64,000 nt of DNA from Flectonema sp. DT1601 (Eukaryota), in assembly GCA_964019425.1 (NCBI GenBank), contig OZ025794.1, forward strand, positions 744,001 through 808,000, given 5' to 3'. A program made the position numbers and the translations under genes. The first letter of the stretch is position 1, and every line of letters begins with the position of its first letter. The notes below the pieces were generated by a model, which was given only the letters and a program-made list of their open reading frames with translations, searched no databases and was not told the origin of the DNA. Shown here piece after piece: positions 34,411 to 47,727 of the stretch.

Positions 34411-35688
34411 TTAGAAAGTATCTTCGCTTTCTTCTTTCGCAAAGTCTCTTCTAGCTTGGGAAGCACGCAAGAGACCGTTACGCTCATTTTGACATGCGTT
34501 TGAAGAGCCTCCCCACATTGTGATTTGACCATCTGAGTCTACAGCAGCGAATACACGAGCACTGTTATAAATATCTACAATACCAGAAAGAGGAACATGT
34601 TTAGAACTACCTCCAAACTCAGCATCTCCCCAACTTGCTACAGAACCATCTTCTAAAATGGCAGCAACTGCGAAATTAGCACAGCGCAGGGATCGAACTG
34701 GGCGGTTATCAATAGCCTTATCGGCGGCTACTTGATTTCCTCCAAATGATGGTGTTCCCCAAACGATGACTTTTTTGTCATCAGTCAGAGCGATGAATGC
34801 AGATTTGGTTGCTACCAAGTCGATTATTTTTTTGTTTTTTAAAGCTGATGGTGTGGCACCTCCTCTCGCAGGCTCTCCCCAGCAAACGATTTCACCGGAT
34901 TCAAGCTGAGCTGCGAAGGCTTGCGCAGTAGTAACAATGTTTGCAACGTCTTTGAGAGTTGGAACGACTGTCTCTGTGTTTCTTGCTGTTAGTCCCCAGC
35001 TGGTTACTGTACCGTCAGATCTGAGACCAGCAAAAGCAGATGATGATGAAAATAATTTCATTACATTCTGTGGGTTATTAGTCACAGCACCGTAGTCACT
35101 GTGACCAACTCCAATCAGAGTACCATTTTGTTGAAGGAGGACATCTGCGTATTCAGTTGAACAGATCTCAACAACTTTACTATTTTGAAGTGAATAAGTA
35201 CCAGAGGAGTTGAAGAGTACTGTGCAACCATCTTTTCCCTGAATTAGAAATGACTGTCTAGTTGATGTAATTGTTTCTATATACTGATCTGTTATTAGTT
35301 TATCAAGCTGATCATTAACTGCTTTAATTGGACCCCAAAGTGTAATGGTACCGTCTTCAGTGAGTGCAACAAAACCAGAATCGCTTCCAACCAGAGCAAT
35401 AACATTTTTTAGATCATCAGGGGCTTTACCTCCTGCTTGTTCGTGTCCCCAGCACTCAACCGTGTTGTCAGTCTTTATGTAAGCATAAGCACCTCTTCCA
35501 CCTTCTACTATTTCACAAATTTTAGGTTGCTTTCTTTTTGGTAATTTCTTATGAGAGATTGGTTCTTCTTCATTTTTTTCTTCTTCGTTGGTTTTTGGTG
35601 AAACTTCCTTAACCTGCAATTTCTGCTTGCAGCACATTGCAACTGCCGTGGCAGTAGCTGCTCCAACAGCTATTCCGACACGTGTCAT
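34411..35688 (-). CDS. RCC1/BLIP-II-like beta-propeller repeat protein with N-terminal hydrophobic anchor
   Basis: Repeated AFAxLxxDGxVxxWG motifs (AFAGLRSDGTVTSWG, AFAAQLESGEIVCWG, AFIALTDDKKVIVWG); first ATG at 35688. Confidence 0.85.
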   Translation of the reverse strand: MTRVGIAVGAATATAVAMCCKQKLQVKEVSPKTNEEEKNEEEPISHKKLPKRKQPKICEIVEGGRGAYAYIKTDNTVECWGHEQAGGKAPDDLKNVIALVGSDSGFVALTEDGTITLWGPIKAVNDQLDKLITDQYIETITSTRQSFLIQGKDGCTVLFNSSGTYSLQNSKVVEICSTEYADVLLQQNGTLIGVGHSDYGAVTNNPQNVMKLFSSSSAFAGLRSDGTVTSWGLTARNTETVVPTLKDVANIVTTAQAFAAQLESGEIVCWGEPARGGATPSALKNKKIIDLVATKSAFIALTDDKKVIVWGTPSFGGNQVAADKAIDNRPVRSLRCANFAVAAILEDGSVASWGDAEFGGSSKHVPLSGIVDIYNSARVFAAVDSDGQITMWGGSSNACQNERNGLLRASQARRDFAKEESEDTF

Positions 35689-36086
35689 AATTATTATCTG
35701 GTGAAGTTTTTTGCAAAAGAATAGATTTTTTTTTATAATAAAGAAGTATTTCAAAAACACTTCTCACGTATCTATTAAACACTTAACACAAAATCATAAT
35801 CTGCGAAAATGACTGGGGGAATAAAAGAAAAAAAGAGAAAAAAAAAAGGTCCCGAATGCCTACCCAGCATTTCTTTTTACTTCTTAACACGTTGGTTGGT
35901 ATTAAGTAAATGAAAGCAGGAGGGGGGAACCCTAGAAGGGAGCTCAACGGAAAAAAATTTAAAAAAAAAAAAAAGGGAAAAGCGGGGTTGTCAAGGACAA
36001 CAGAATACTAAACTTGTTGACATCTGTCGGTAAAATCCGCAGATTAACATGCAAAGGTCCCCCGCTGAATTCTTTTGGATCAAAGC

Positions 36087-37643
36087 TTAAAGAAGCCGAG
36101 GTGATTTTTCTAAGTTAGTAAGTTTTTCAGACAAAGTTGCCATCTTACTCTCCAGTACTCCAAAGAAAACTACGACTTGTGCAGCCTGAGTTTGTTGTTC
36201 TTTTATTATGCCCCTCTGTCTTAGTAATCTCCCATCATCATCATCGCAATTACTAGTGAGGATCATCAAAGGTTCTTCGGTCAGTAGAAAACATTGCTTG
36301 AGACAGTTACGTCCAACTTTTGTTAAATAAAGATTATCAAAGTTTACAGTTTTGAGTTTATGACATCCTTGAAGAAAAGAATCACCCACAGATGTAAGAG
36401 ACGACAAGTTACTAAAATCAATCTCTTTCAATACGAAGCAGTCCATGAGAAATGCATCACCTATGGAAGTTATATTTGTGAGACCGGATATGTCGATCGA
36501 ATGTAAGTTTTTACAGTCTCTTGCAAATTCATTTCCAACGGATTCGACGCTCGAGCACATCGACAAGTCGAGTTCCGTGATTGAGGAACACATCATCATG
36601 AAAGCGTTACCAATCGTACGAACATTTTCAAAGAGAGTTGAAATATTAAGAATTAATTTCAAAGAACTGCAACCACGAATAAATCCTTCTCCGATTTCTT
36701 GTAGGCTGGTGAAGCTCTCAAAGTCAATTAAATCAAGTGCAGAGCAGAATGCAAGAAAGTTATTTTCTATTTTTTGAACGTTCTTCATTGCAGTACCAAA
36801 TTCGATTGTTTTAAGCCCTCCTTGTTTCTCCATAAAACGACTTCCAAAACAGGTCACGCTGCTAAGACCAGACAGGTCAACCGACTTAAGGTTAGCAGCG
36901 CGACTGAATAAACTTCCTGCTAGAAAACCGTTTGGAACCCTTTCGAGAAGGGGGAGATTCATGTTAATAGACGACAATTCACAGCAGGCTTCCAACGAAT
37001 TATTTCCGAGGTATTTTAAATTAACGAGCGGAGATAAATCAACAGCCTGAAGTTCTTTACCATGAAACAAGAAATGGTTCCCAATCGATTCTACCTTTGA
37101 TAATCCCGATAAGTCTACACTAGTAAGTGAAGTGAACCCGCTTAGGAAACTGTCGCCAACAGATTTCATGCTACAAAAACTTGGAAATTGGAGTCTTTTT
37201 GTATGTAACAGGATTCCCACAAAATACTCACCAACATGGACTAGACTATCACCGTTTTGAAGAGAAAGAGAACATAAAGTAAGACTTGGTTTGCGCGCTC
37301 CGTTCCGGAGATTGAGAAGTGTTAGAGTGTCGACAGGCAGAAACCCATCTTCATCACAAGTGAGTAGTATTTCTTCCATCTTACTAGATCCATCACACAT
37401 ATCTTCAAGTTTGCATCCTAATCCCTTCCACACTTCTAACTGTGAACCCCCTTCTATCCCATGTGATACTAAAAGTGATGACTCTGGAAGTTCTTCACCC
37501 GCGAAGAACAATTTGCAACACAGAAATCCAGCACCCCACTCGTCTGCTGCTGCCTGAAGCGCATTTTCGACCGATGTATCCACGTTCACCATGAATGGAA
37601 AGGGTACGTAACCTCCTCCAGAACACGCAATATTGACCTCCAT
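36087..37643 (-). CDS. ubiquitin-like domain plus leucine-rich repeat (BspA-like) protein, 518 aa
   Basis: N-terminal KLFFAGEELPESSLLVSHGIEGGSQL (ubiquitin-like); many LxxVDLSxLxxVxSIGxxFL repeats. Confidence 0.85.
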   Translation of the reverse strand: MEVNIACSGGGYVPFPFMVNVDTSVENALQAAADEWGAGFLCCKLFFAGEELPESSLLVSHGIEGGSQLEVWKGLGCKLEDMCDGSSKMEEILLTCDEDGFLPVDTLTLLNLRNGARKPSLTLCSLSLQNGDSLVHVGEYFVGILLHTKRLQFPSFCSMKSVGDSFLSGFTSLTSVDLSGLSKVESIGNHFLFHGKELQAVDLSPLVNLKYLGNNSLEACCELSSINMNLPLLERVPNGFLAGSLFSRAANLKSVDLSGLSSVTCFGSRFMEKQGGLKTIEFGTAMKNVQKIENNFLAFCSALDLIDFESFTSLQEIGEGFIRGCSSLKLILNISTLFENVRTIGNAFMMMCSSITELDLSMCSSVESVGNEFARDCKNLHSIDISGLTNITSIGDAFLMDCFVLKEIDFSNLSSLTSVGDSFLQGCHKLKTVNFDNLYLTKVGRNCLKQCFLLTEEPLMILTSNCDDDDGRLLRQRGIIKEQQTQAAQVVVFFGVLESKMATLSEKLTNLEKSPRLL

Positions 37644-40600
37644 GTTGTCTATTTCTTTGATTGAAATGTATTAATTCATTCGAAGAGATAAATTTACTAC
37701 GCCGAAGGCTGTCATAATTTATATTCAAAAAAGTCCTGTTGTTTTAGTATAAAGGTTACTCTGGTTCTTATATAAACAGTCTACCCGTCATCACAAATTA
37801 ATTGGTAGTTTTTCGGGAGTGATAGTTAAGGTTTCTTTTTTTTTTTTTTTTTTTTTTTTTTCCCCCACCCCGGTTGCACACAAACAAAAACAAAGTGTGA
37901 GAATCATTTAGTCACTTCATTAAACATAAAAATGAATTCTGCCGATTAGTCAGCAAGTTGATATATCTATTGGTTAAGAAAGAATAAAAGATAAAAAGTT
38001 TTTTTTTTTTATTTCTCTCCTCCCCGAAAATAATAAGACTCACTGCCAATACTGCAGATTTATTCTTTTTATGTACACAAAGCCACTCACATAGATCGCA
38101 ATGCGACGCAATATTAAACTTCTAAACTACAAAGCCTTCACTACAAGTTGTACCGTGTATATGAATACAGGATTGGTCAATCACAGGGGAGACTATAGTA
38201 ACGTAATGCATTTACGTGTTGAGGTCAGGAAACGAATTTGTTTTTTCATCCAATACGACCCCCGCTGACCTCAACCATGATCACTTCCAACAGACTGATT
38301 TTATGGAGTAAAGTTAGAAATTTTTCTTTTTTTTTGCTCTAATTCTTCCTTTCGGATCAAAGATAGAAGCAACTTGTTTTCATTATTTATTTTTTCCTCC
38401 TTTTTTTTTCTTCTTTTCCCTTCGTATCTACGAAGGTTAAGACGGTGGCTAGCAAGAAAATGATATTTATAATTACAAAGACCTGGTAAAGCATCTGGCA
38501 GTCTTCATTGCACCAGTAGACTATCCATGTCAGAGAGAGATTCACGAGCTGTGCACCCTTCACCTGTGCTGGCAAAAGTAATTTCTCGATACGGTGGTTT
38601 CGTAGGCAACTTCTGAGAGCAGCCGAGTGAAATATTAAGTTCACAGAGAGCCTCACTGATATCCGGTTTCCTGATTCTCTCTTTTATAATAAAAAGAAGA
38701 AAAATAAGGAAAAAAAAGATAAAAAAAACATATGCAAATCGAATCGATTATTTGGTTTGCGCACAAGAGAAAAAAAATTAAAAAAAAATACTAATAAAAA
38801 AAATGGAAAGCGAAGCTTTGAAGTCAGGCGACTGTCTGCATCAGGAAGTTAGTTTTTGGTAGCATAAGCTATTATATTAATAATACTGTTATTACCACTT
38901 GTGGCATAAAAACTTCTATGGAACAACTAACACTCTAACAGATATGCTACTGTCCTGTACTGCTATGAAATCTAGAAAAACAAAACTTTTCTGTGGTAGT
39001 GCGACGTGAACGCATGGAAGAAGGAACAAAAAAAAAAAAGGATTTATGGGAAAAAGAACCAACTATAAGAAGGTTACTGCTACTATTTTTTTTTTTTTTT
39101 TAAAAAGCCTGTTCTTGCGCCATCGCGCAATAAAAATAAGGATTACACTATAATCCCAGTTTTTAAAATAAACAGAACAGAACGCCACAAATTCGGAAAA
39201 AAAAAAAAACCGTACGGGGAAGTTTGTTAAAACAGATAAAAAGGACTGCGTGCGTGCTTTTTTTTTTTCATAAGAAACGAGGAGAAAACAAGAATAACAA
39301 ACCAGAACACTTCACTAAAAAGGAATTTTCGTGAATAAAAACAAAAAAAAAAAAAGCAAAGCAGCAAAAAAAAATTTGCTGATCTTCTACCGTACTCATC
39401 ATTCCATCTCTTCTTATAAAGGTATCCTTTAGAAACAGAACGAGAGATCCGTATATTAGTGCTTTGCTTTTCTTCTTCATTGCTTGTTAGTCAGTCAGTC
39501 AACATGTCCAGAACTGATGTCTGCGGTGGGTCTGGGTAACCCACTTCTACTGGGATTTTGATCCCAGCTGTCCATCTTGCCCAGGGAGACTAACACATTG
39601 AAAACACCTTGTTCTGTATTACACTTGTCATCTTTATAAATGAAAAAGAAGAATGGTGGTGGGAAATAATTCAAATAAAAAATAACAAAAGAAATTTCTT
39701 CAAGTATCTAAACTACAATTTCCTGACTTGCTTGGCCTGAAAAGATTCACGACTACCGTTCAAAAAGTGCAACACAGATGAAGCCATGAAATATATTGAA
39801 TACAACAAACGTATCCTAATCAGAATTCATTTTAGGCTTCAATCAAACAAACAAGCCAAGTGTACTAAAAAGAAAAATTCTATAAAACGAATGGCCAACT
39901 GAAGAAGGAAAGAAGCAGGGGAAAACCCTTTTCAAATAGGATGGGTGTAAGTAACTATTCCACTTATGTTTCAATGCTTGTCTACCACAATTGTACTCAG
40001 CAGAAGACATATTCATGCGATAGCCTGTACGGTACAATCAGGAGGTTTTTCGCGTAACATGTAAGTGAAACTGTTTTTTTTTTTTTTTTTTTATCACAAC
40101 ACAAAAAAACATAAATTCGAAAAGATTTCCACAAAAAGAATAGCTAGGGGGGGGTCAATGCTTTTGTATTGAGAAAAATGAAAATAAAAAACACCTCTTT
40201 AAAAAAAAAAAAAAGACAATTCTATTTAGCGATATTAATAGTTAGTTAAGATACATTCACACGGAAGAGAATTCCCAACTCGAAAGAGACACGGATGGTA
40301 AGCACACGCTTTCTATTTTAAGTCCACTTTATATCTCTGTTTGTATTTTCCGCATCATCAACTCAACTAATAAATTTAATCAACACAGATTACTGTTATT
40401 AATTATCCAGTAAATCTGAACAATAACAACAAGCTTCGGCCGGAAGTAATCGACTCCCAACCCCTACCTTGCCTAGAGGCTAACAGGTAGAAAACAACTA
40501 AACATATGAGATCTGGGAGTGGGGGTGGGAGAGAAAGGTGAAAAAAAAAATAAAAAATAATCTTTTTTTATTCCATGTATTTAGCATCTAACTTTATAAT

Positions 40601-41982
40601 ATGACCATACGAAAGAAAATCGAAATCCCCGGCACTTCCGAGGATTGTTCATTCTTTATAAAAGTACCATAGAAATTGGGCAGCACATAGCCATATCACT
40701 CAGCGAGAAATGAAACAAAAGGATCAGGTAAGATGACAGTCAGTTTAAGGTCATAACTGCGCCGGACCCTGATTTATTATTAGGTAAATGATCAGATAAA
40801 AACACTTTGCGGTATTGACAGATGCACGTGTTCTCCATTTTCCCTATTCACAATGTAAATCTTGAGGGGGCTAGCTTTATTTTGTGAAGCCACCTAACTA
40901 TAACTTTTTCACAAGAAAAAGAGAAAAAAAAAAGGGTAGGGTGAAGTAATGGCGGGGAATGCTTCGTATGTCTTCTCTCCAAGTAAATCACTGTGTCCAA
41001 AAAGATGTTTTTAAGGCGTTTTAAGGAATCAGTTCCCTTTAATCTACTAGATGTAAACAACGGCTTAGATTTTGACTTTTTGTTAACAAAACGCGAACGA
41101 CAACACGAAAAACATTAATACACGTTGACAACAGAGGGTAGAATAGAAGTGTTTTTGTTTTTTTTTGTTTGTTTTTTCCCCCGAAAATATAAAACGGGGG
41201 AAAATTCTGTGGAAATATAGCATTGATAAGCGTTATTTATCATTAATTATTCTTGAAGAAATCTTTTTTTTTTTTTAAAATAAAAAACGAATAAATATCA
41301 CCAGAGGAACAGCTGAATCAAAAAAAAAAAATAAAAAAAATAACTGAAGGCGGACTTAAGAAGTTCATTTAAAGTATTTTTGTATCCGTACTTTCGTTTT
41401 CTATTGGCTTTTTAGAAAAAAAAAAGGAAAAAAAAAGATTTCTTTCATCTATATAACTACCAACATAATAATGAGGAAGACTTGTGAAAGCCACCAATTC
41501 TTTAAAAAAAGAATGCAGGGGGAAGTGAAATCGTATTAGTGTTATTTTTTTTTTTTGTTTTTTAAACCTGTTTGCACAAAAAAGCAAACAGAAAATACCA
41601 AAGATACACAAAGTAAGATTTATTTTTGCACGAACTGTAAAGCAGAACTGAAAAGCCGTGCTGACTGACTCAACGGTAAAGACCCTTACCTAAAGTTTTG
41701 GGAGAAGGAATATTCGCTCTTTAGAGCGTGGAAATGAATGCCACTCGCCACCGCGATGATGAAGCGACATGCTGCGGTTTAATTGACCAGTTGGATTCCT
41801 CTTGTTCGTAACAGTTCCAAGTTGACACTTCATTGTAGACACGATATGCTAAAGGATTGAACTACTGTACTGAAAGGGTTTTATTGGTATCCATCAGTAC
41901 ACGAGAAGTCAATATTTTAAATCACATCTATGAAACCCCACGGTAATGTTTGGGCGCCAGAATGTTGCCAGCGACGATTTTT

Positions 41983-43703
41983 TCACGCTTTTTCCGTGTC
42001 GCTAGTTACCGGAGATTGCAGAAGTGTTTTATCGTTGAGTTCTATTTCGTCAACACTGACAGGGGCACGTGGAGTTCGGTGACGTTCTGTTGGTGATAAT
42101 TCCATTTCTTTTTCAGATCCTTCATCGTGTGTATGTGAAGGAGATGAGAACACTTCAATTGGTCCAATAGCTGGTGAATATTGAATATTAATCTCACCCC
42201 TGCTGCCATTACTAACACAAGCTGCACCAGCAGCGTGATTGTATTGTTGTAATTCATTCCTACTAGTGGCTTGTGCATCATTATCATCATCACCTCCTCC
42301 TAGTGTGACAACTGCTGGAGGTTTTCCTGCATCATCAAGAAGATTTCTGGATTCTCCTCCTTTTGACTTTCTATTAGCAAGAACAGCGAGACCTATTAAG
42401 GCCATGGTGATACCTCCGGAGAATAGAGCAACCCGGAGACCTGTAATCAGACGATATTCCTGAGTTTTATTTTATTTTATTTGGTTTCTCTCTCCTTCTG
42501 ATATGCAAAACTATAAAAAAAACAAACCTGATAAAATATTAAACCACTTCCAATTCCAGTACAAATCCACATTGCTTGATATACAGGAAGTACGAATATG
42601 GCATCACAATAAATCTTAAGGGCGACATTTAAGAATTGAATTTGATTCCAAAGACAAAAAGTTGTTGGGATCAAAAACAAAAACAAATAAATAACCGACA
42701 TCACTGTTTCTTCTCCTCTGATGCTGTTGCCTAAGAATGTTAGAACCGCCTGTTTTATTTTCGAATTTAATTTTTTTTTGATATGGTCGAGGGAATGCAT
42801 GCAAACAAACTAATAAATACCTTGGCAAACATGACACTTTGGGCTCCAATCGTACCCGCATAAACAGCATGAACACAAGGGTAAAATTGAGGTCCCATTG
42901 ATGTTACGAATTTAAAAAACTTATCAGGTGGAATGACGTCCAATTTTGAAAGGTTTTCGTGAATCTGTTTTTTTTTTTTTTTTTTTTTTTACAAATTTCT
43001 TTATAATATACAATGAATCAAAATGAAGATGAAATAAAGTTCATACCCACACAGTTTCTAACTGTTGTAACTGCCCTTGCCCACCAACAATTCCTTCACG
43101 AGCTGCGGCTACTCCTAACCGTCTGAAACCCTCAATGAAATAGTAACAGCATGATAGGAATATAAAAATACAAGCTCCATAAGCTATAAATAAAGGTTCT
43201 ATAAAGTATTCCAACAGACAGCTTGAGTCAAGTTCTGATTCAGAACCAGCACCGAAATAACAGGCAACGCCAGTTCCAGTAACTGTAACAATGCAGCCGA
43301 TAAAGTCGTGTTTTGTGAGTTTTTCTTTTAGGAAGAGCGGAGTGATTATTATGTTTGCAACTATTGTTGATGCCCCTAAAGCAGCTACTCTTGATAATGG
43401 AACAAAAGGAAGGGCTGCCATATCCATAATCGATCCCAATATCATACAAATAATACCACTCCACCATCTCCAGTCTTTTACCATGCTAATTCTTGTTTCA
43501 GGATCTTGTTCTCCTCTTGCATCATTAAGATTGTGTGCCCACTTCTGTAGGTTCACACCAAAGCAGCTAATGAACGATGCTCCCACTACTAGTAACGTTC
43601 CCATCGCTACCAGGCCGTCAGAAACCTGTCCGCCATCTGTCTCTTTGTGGCTGCCGCATCTTAGGTCTTCAATTGGGAGCGTCATAGTCGGAATGAGAGG
43701 CAT
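41983..43703 (-). CDS. NIPA-family Mg2+ transporter, paralog A, ~499 aa; exons 43703-43047, 42964-42821, 42749-42528, 42459-41983
   Basis: GVNLQK, WWSGIICMILGSIMDMAALPFVPLSRVAALGASTIVANII..LKEKL, GAQSVMFAK, VLPVYQ, GLIFYQEY; three phase-0 GT-AG introns (82, 71, 68 nt) give a continuous frame. Confidence 0.88.
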
Positions 43704-45569
43704 CTCATATATGTGTCCCTGTGAAAAAATGTAGTTGTGAAAAAAATAAAAAAATATTTTCTTGTATGCACAGTCAACAAACCTGCACCCCACGTGTATG
43801 CGGACCTTGGTTCGTTATTATCATTTGTGGGTTGATATTCTGCTCAAAGTGAAAAAAAAAGTAATTTCACTGTTAATTTGTCGGTGTTCGCATTGCTGCG
43901 GCTATCCGTTTTATCGGCTCGCCGTACGAAAAGAACAAATAACAACGAAACGCGGCAGATTGTGTTTGAAACGAAAAATAAATAAATAACATGAACTGCA
44001 AGGAACAGTAGTCAAATCCACAAAGAGGAATCCTTTGCAAACGGCGGACATCAGATCTTAAAGAGACAAGAGTTCGGCTTGTCTGCGATCAACGCATTGC
44101 CGATACTCATGACATGAAAGTAATGAATACAATGCATTTCACATAATTCATTGTTCTACCTGTTTGCTGTTACTTCAAAACACATCATAAATAACACTCA
44201 ATTTATGTAATAATAACATCATTGAGTGAAGCTTCTTTTTAATGTACTTAAGAGACGCAGTGGGACTCCAAATTGGCATCACCACTTGGTGTCATGTTAA
44301 CAGTACGTACTAAGAGCAGTGTTCTGCAAATCTAACTCACAGAAGACCGAGAGAACACGCACATAGAAGAGATATACCAATTCCTGTTTCACTACTTTTT
44401 GATCTCTCACTTTTTTTAGTGGTGACCATACTCTACCATACCTGACCATCAGGAAGAAGAAAACCCCTCTACGCGGGTTTTCTTAAATCTACAAAAAAAA
44501 CGTAAAAAGTAATGAAAAGTGACAGCACACCTAAATTATTTCAAACAATAATACAAAAAAGGGATGCAAAAAAAACTTCCAAAAAATACGACTTCAAAAA
44601 TGCAGAAAAAAAAGCTCAGTCGCTACAAACAACATGACTCACTTAAACGAGACAAGACATAGGCAAGGAGTTTTTTTTTTGTAGAAAAATGCAAAAAAAA
44701 AAAAAAAAAGAAAAGAAAGAAAAGAAAGAAACCGTGATCTTATTGCATGGAAGAAAAGGATTCTCCCTCTAATTAATTAACATAAAGTAAACGACAGAGT
44801 TGTCAGACAGATTAAGGTAGTAAGCAGGGATGACAGAATAATGCCTTCAAAAGGTAAGCTTTTGAAGTACAAGTGACGTTGTTAATGCAACCTTAACAGG
44901 CAAGCAGCAGATTGAAGATAGAGTTTACGATCAGGTGCTTAGTTAAAGCTATTCTATATATCGAGCGAATTCAGAGAGCAATTTTTTAGTAGGTAGCCGA
45001 TCGCTTTATTACCTTTTTACACTACCCAACTGTTTACATTATTGAGATAACGGAACTCACTCTCACTAGTGAGCTAATGCGTTTCTGTTTTTTTTTTTGA
45101 AAGCAAAAAAAGAAAAGTAACGACGTGAAGCGTTTGTTGTAACTAATAATACGGTGGCGGCTGATGCCATGATTTATATCAATCTCGTAAAGATTTTTCT
45201 CAAAAATTAGTTAATTTCCCATATGATAAAAAAAAAATAAAAAAAAATCCCCTCATCACCCATCAGCCACCACAACACCGGAATTAATTGTAAAAAAAAT
45301 AAAAATAAAAAAGATTGAATGCTTACAAATATGAGATTTCAACTAAAATGTTTGATTGCGGAAGAGACACGATTATTGGTAATGAATTACTATCTATGAA
45401 TTGCATTATTTGAAAGATCCTCAGGAATTGGATGGCAAGAACCATATGTTGATATTTCTTCTGTCCAGAAGTCAGACGCTTGAAGCTCGTCCTTTCTGTC
45501 TTCTGATGGAAACAACAACATGTTTAATGGTTTATATGTAACAGCAGGGGCAGGAGAAAAATTTCCAAC

Positions 45570-45600
<31 letters not shown>

Positions 45601-46107
45601 TTATTCTTCACTTCCCAAGACAGACAACATAACAAAATGAACTGAAACAAAGATTCCCAATAAATTATCACAAAAAAGAAAAGAGAGAGTTTCGAGAAGA
45701 AAAGGGATGAAAAGTAACTTAGTCAAAAGAAATGAAGAATAAAAATAAGAAAAACCAAATTAACTCATTCTATAACATACACGTTGGTTGATTTGCTTCT
45801 ACACTACGATCTCTCCAAAAGGTGAGTTTTCTTGATTCTTCACCAGCAAGCATTTGAAAGAGAATTGCGGGAAGTATAAAATGATCAGACCACACTGCTG
45901 AGGTACGTATTAAACAGATGAAAAGAATAATTGGATAAACCCATTCCTTAATAATATTAGATAACAATAGTTTGTGGGAGCTTACTCAGTGAAATAGAAA
46001 TACGTTTTTACTGAGTCTCTCTCTCCGTTTTATCGATACGGTTTCGTGTTACCGTAAGAAGACGTTATGGTCTGTGTTTTATGTCAGTACTGAGAGTAAA
46101 GTCTTTA

Positions 46108-47727
46108 TTAGTTAATAGAAATCTTTACGTCAGGATGGTCATTCTGTGTTGATGTGTCATCTTCCGTCGGCGAAGTATCAGTTGCTGTCGGTGCTGGTAA
46201 TTGACTGCCACCACCATCATCACCACTGTTATTATCACGAATTGGTGAAGTCTTTACTTTGCTTGGACTAGTAGCTGTTCCTGTCCTGGGAAATGCTGGA
46301 GGTGAAGACAATAACGGAAGTGATTCACCAAGATCTTTATCATATCCATCAGCAAAGTTAAAAGAACCAGTCAACGCTGCAGGCTTATTAAAACTAAACG
46401 ATAGACGTGAACCAGATTTATTATGAGAATGATTGGAAGCTACCTCCGCTCTACGAGCTAGCGGAGATTCAATTTGAGGTGTTTTCGACTTTCTAAAAGC
46501 CAACACACCCAAACCAACAATAGAAACAGTAACACCCAATGCGAAAATACCAATGTGGTAATCATCAATGTCTTTGTACTCTTGATAAAATATTAATCCT
46601 GAAACTATTCCCATACCAATCCACAATGCTTGATACACTGGTAAGATGAATAGAGCGTCTCTGTAAATCTGAAGTGATAAATTCAGAAAATGAATTTGAT
46701 TCCACAAACAAAAAACCGTTGGCAGGATAAATAAGAACATCATTCCCACAGAGATCCACACATCGTGACCTGCAGCAGCGTTACTGAGGAATGTGAAGAC
46801 AGCCTAGTTTTTTTTTTTTAATTTCCTTTTTTTTTCACATACTCGTTCACGAAATGTAGAAGCAAGATCATACCTTTGCGTACATCACACTTTGAGCACC
46901 AAAGATACCAGCATATACAGCATGGCACACAGGGTAGAATTGAGGACCGAACTGCGTTATTGTTATTGTTGCTGTTATTTCCGTAAAAGGGTTTCTTAAA
47001 ACTAATATTTACAACAATAACACACCTGAGTGACGAAAATAAATCTATGATCAAATTCTAACTTCTGAATTTTTTCAATGTTTTGCCAAGCCCAAACACA
47101 TTCTAAATTCCCCTCAATAAGCCCAGCTTTGTTAGCTGCTTTTTGAACTTTTCTAAACCCAATACAAAGGTATAATAACAACACCAAGAAGAAGGCCTGA
47201 ATTACATAGTAAGCAATGAAGGCGCTTTGGTGAAAGTTGCGAAGCAGGTCATCAGAAGTGATCTTTTTTTCTTGCTGGGCTCCGAATATACAGGCGATGG
47301 TTGTCCCCGCCACAGTAACAGTTCCTCCAATTAAGTCGTGAGAAGTCAATTTTTCTTTAAGGAAGAGAGGTGTGATAATAAGGTTAGCAACAATACCAGA
47401 AGCTCCCAGAGCAGAAACTCTAGTTAAGGGGACAAACGGTAGTGCTACCATGTCCATTATTGATCCGAGAATCATGAGTAAGATTCCTGATACCCAATAT
47501 GGTGATTTATGCATAGGAGTTCTATCAGCTTTTTCTAGCATCTCATTTTTATTGTGTGATAATTTTTGAAAATTTACACCGAGACACGATAGAAATGACG
47601 CCGCCACTACTAACACCGTTCCCATTGCAAGCATCCCATTACTAACAGACTCTGGACCTGAATCCGAACCTGTGTCAACTGGAGAACTCCAATTGGGAGT
47701 TATGTTAAGCGGGTCGCTGCTGTCCAT
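46108..47727 (-). CDS. NIPA-family Mg2+ transporter, paralog B, ~491 aa; exons 47727-47026, 46951-46874, 46803-46108
   Basis: Same NIPA motifs; two phase-0 introns (74, 70 nt) give a continuous frame. Confidence 0.88.
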
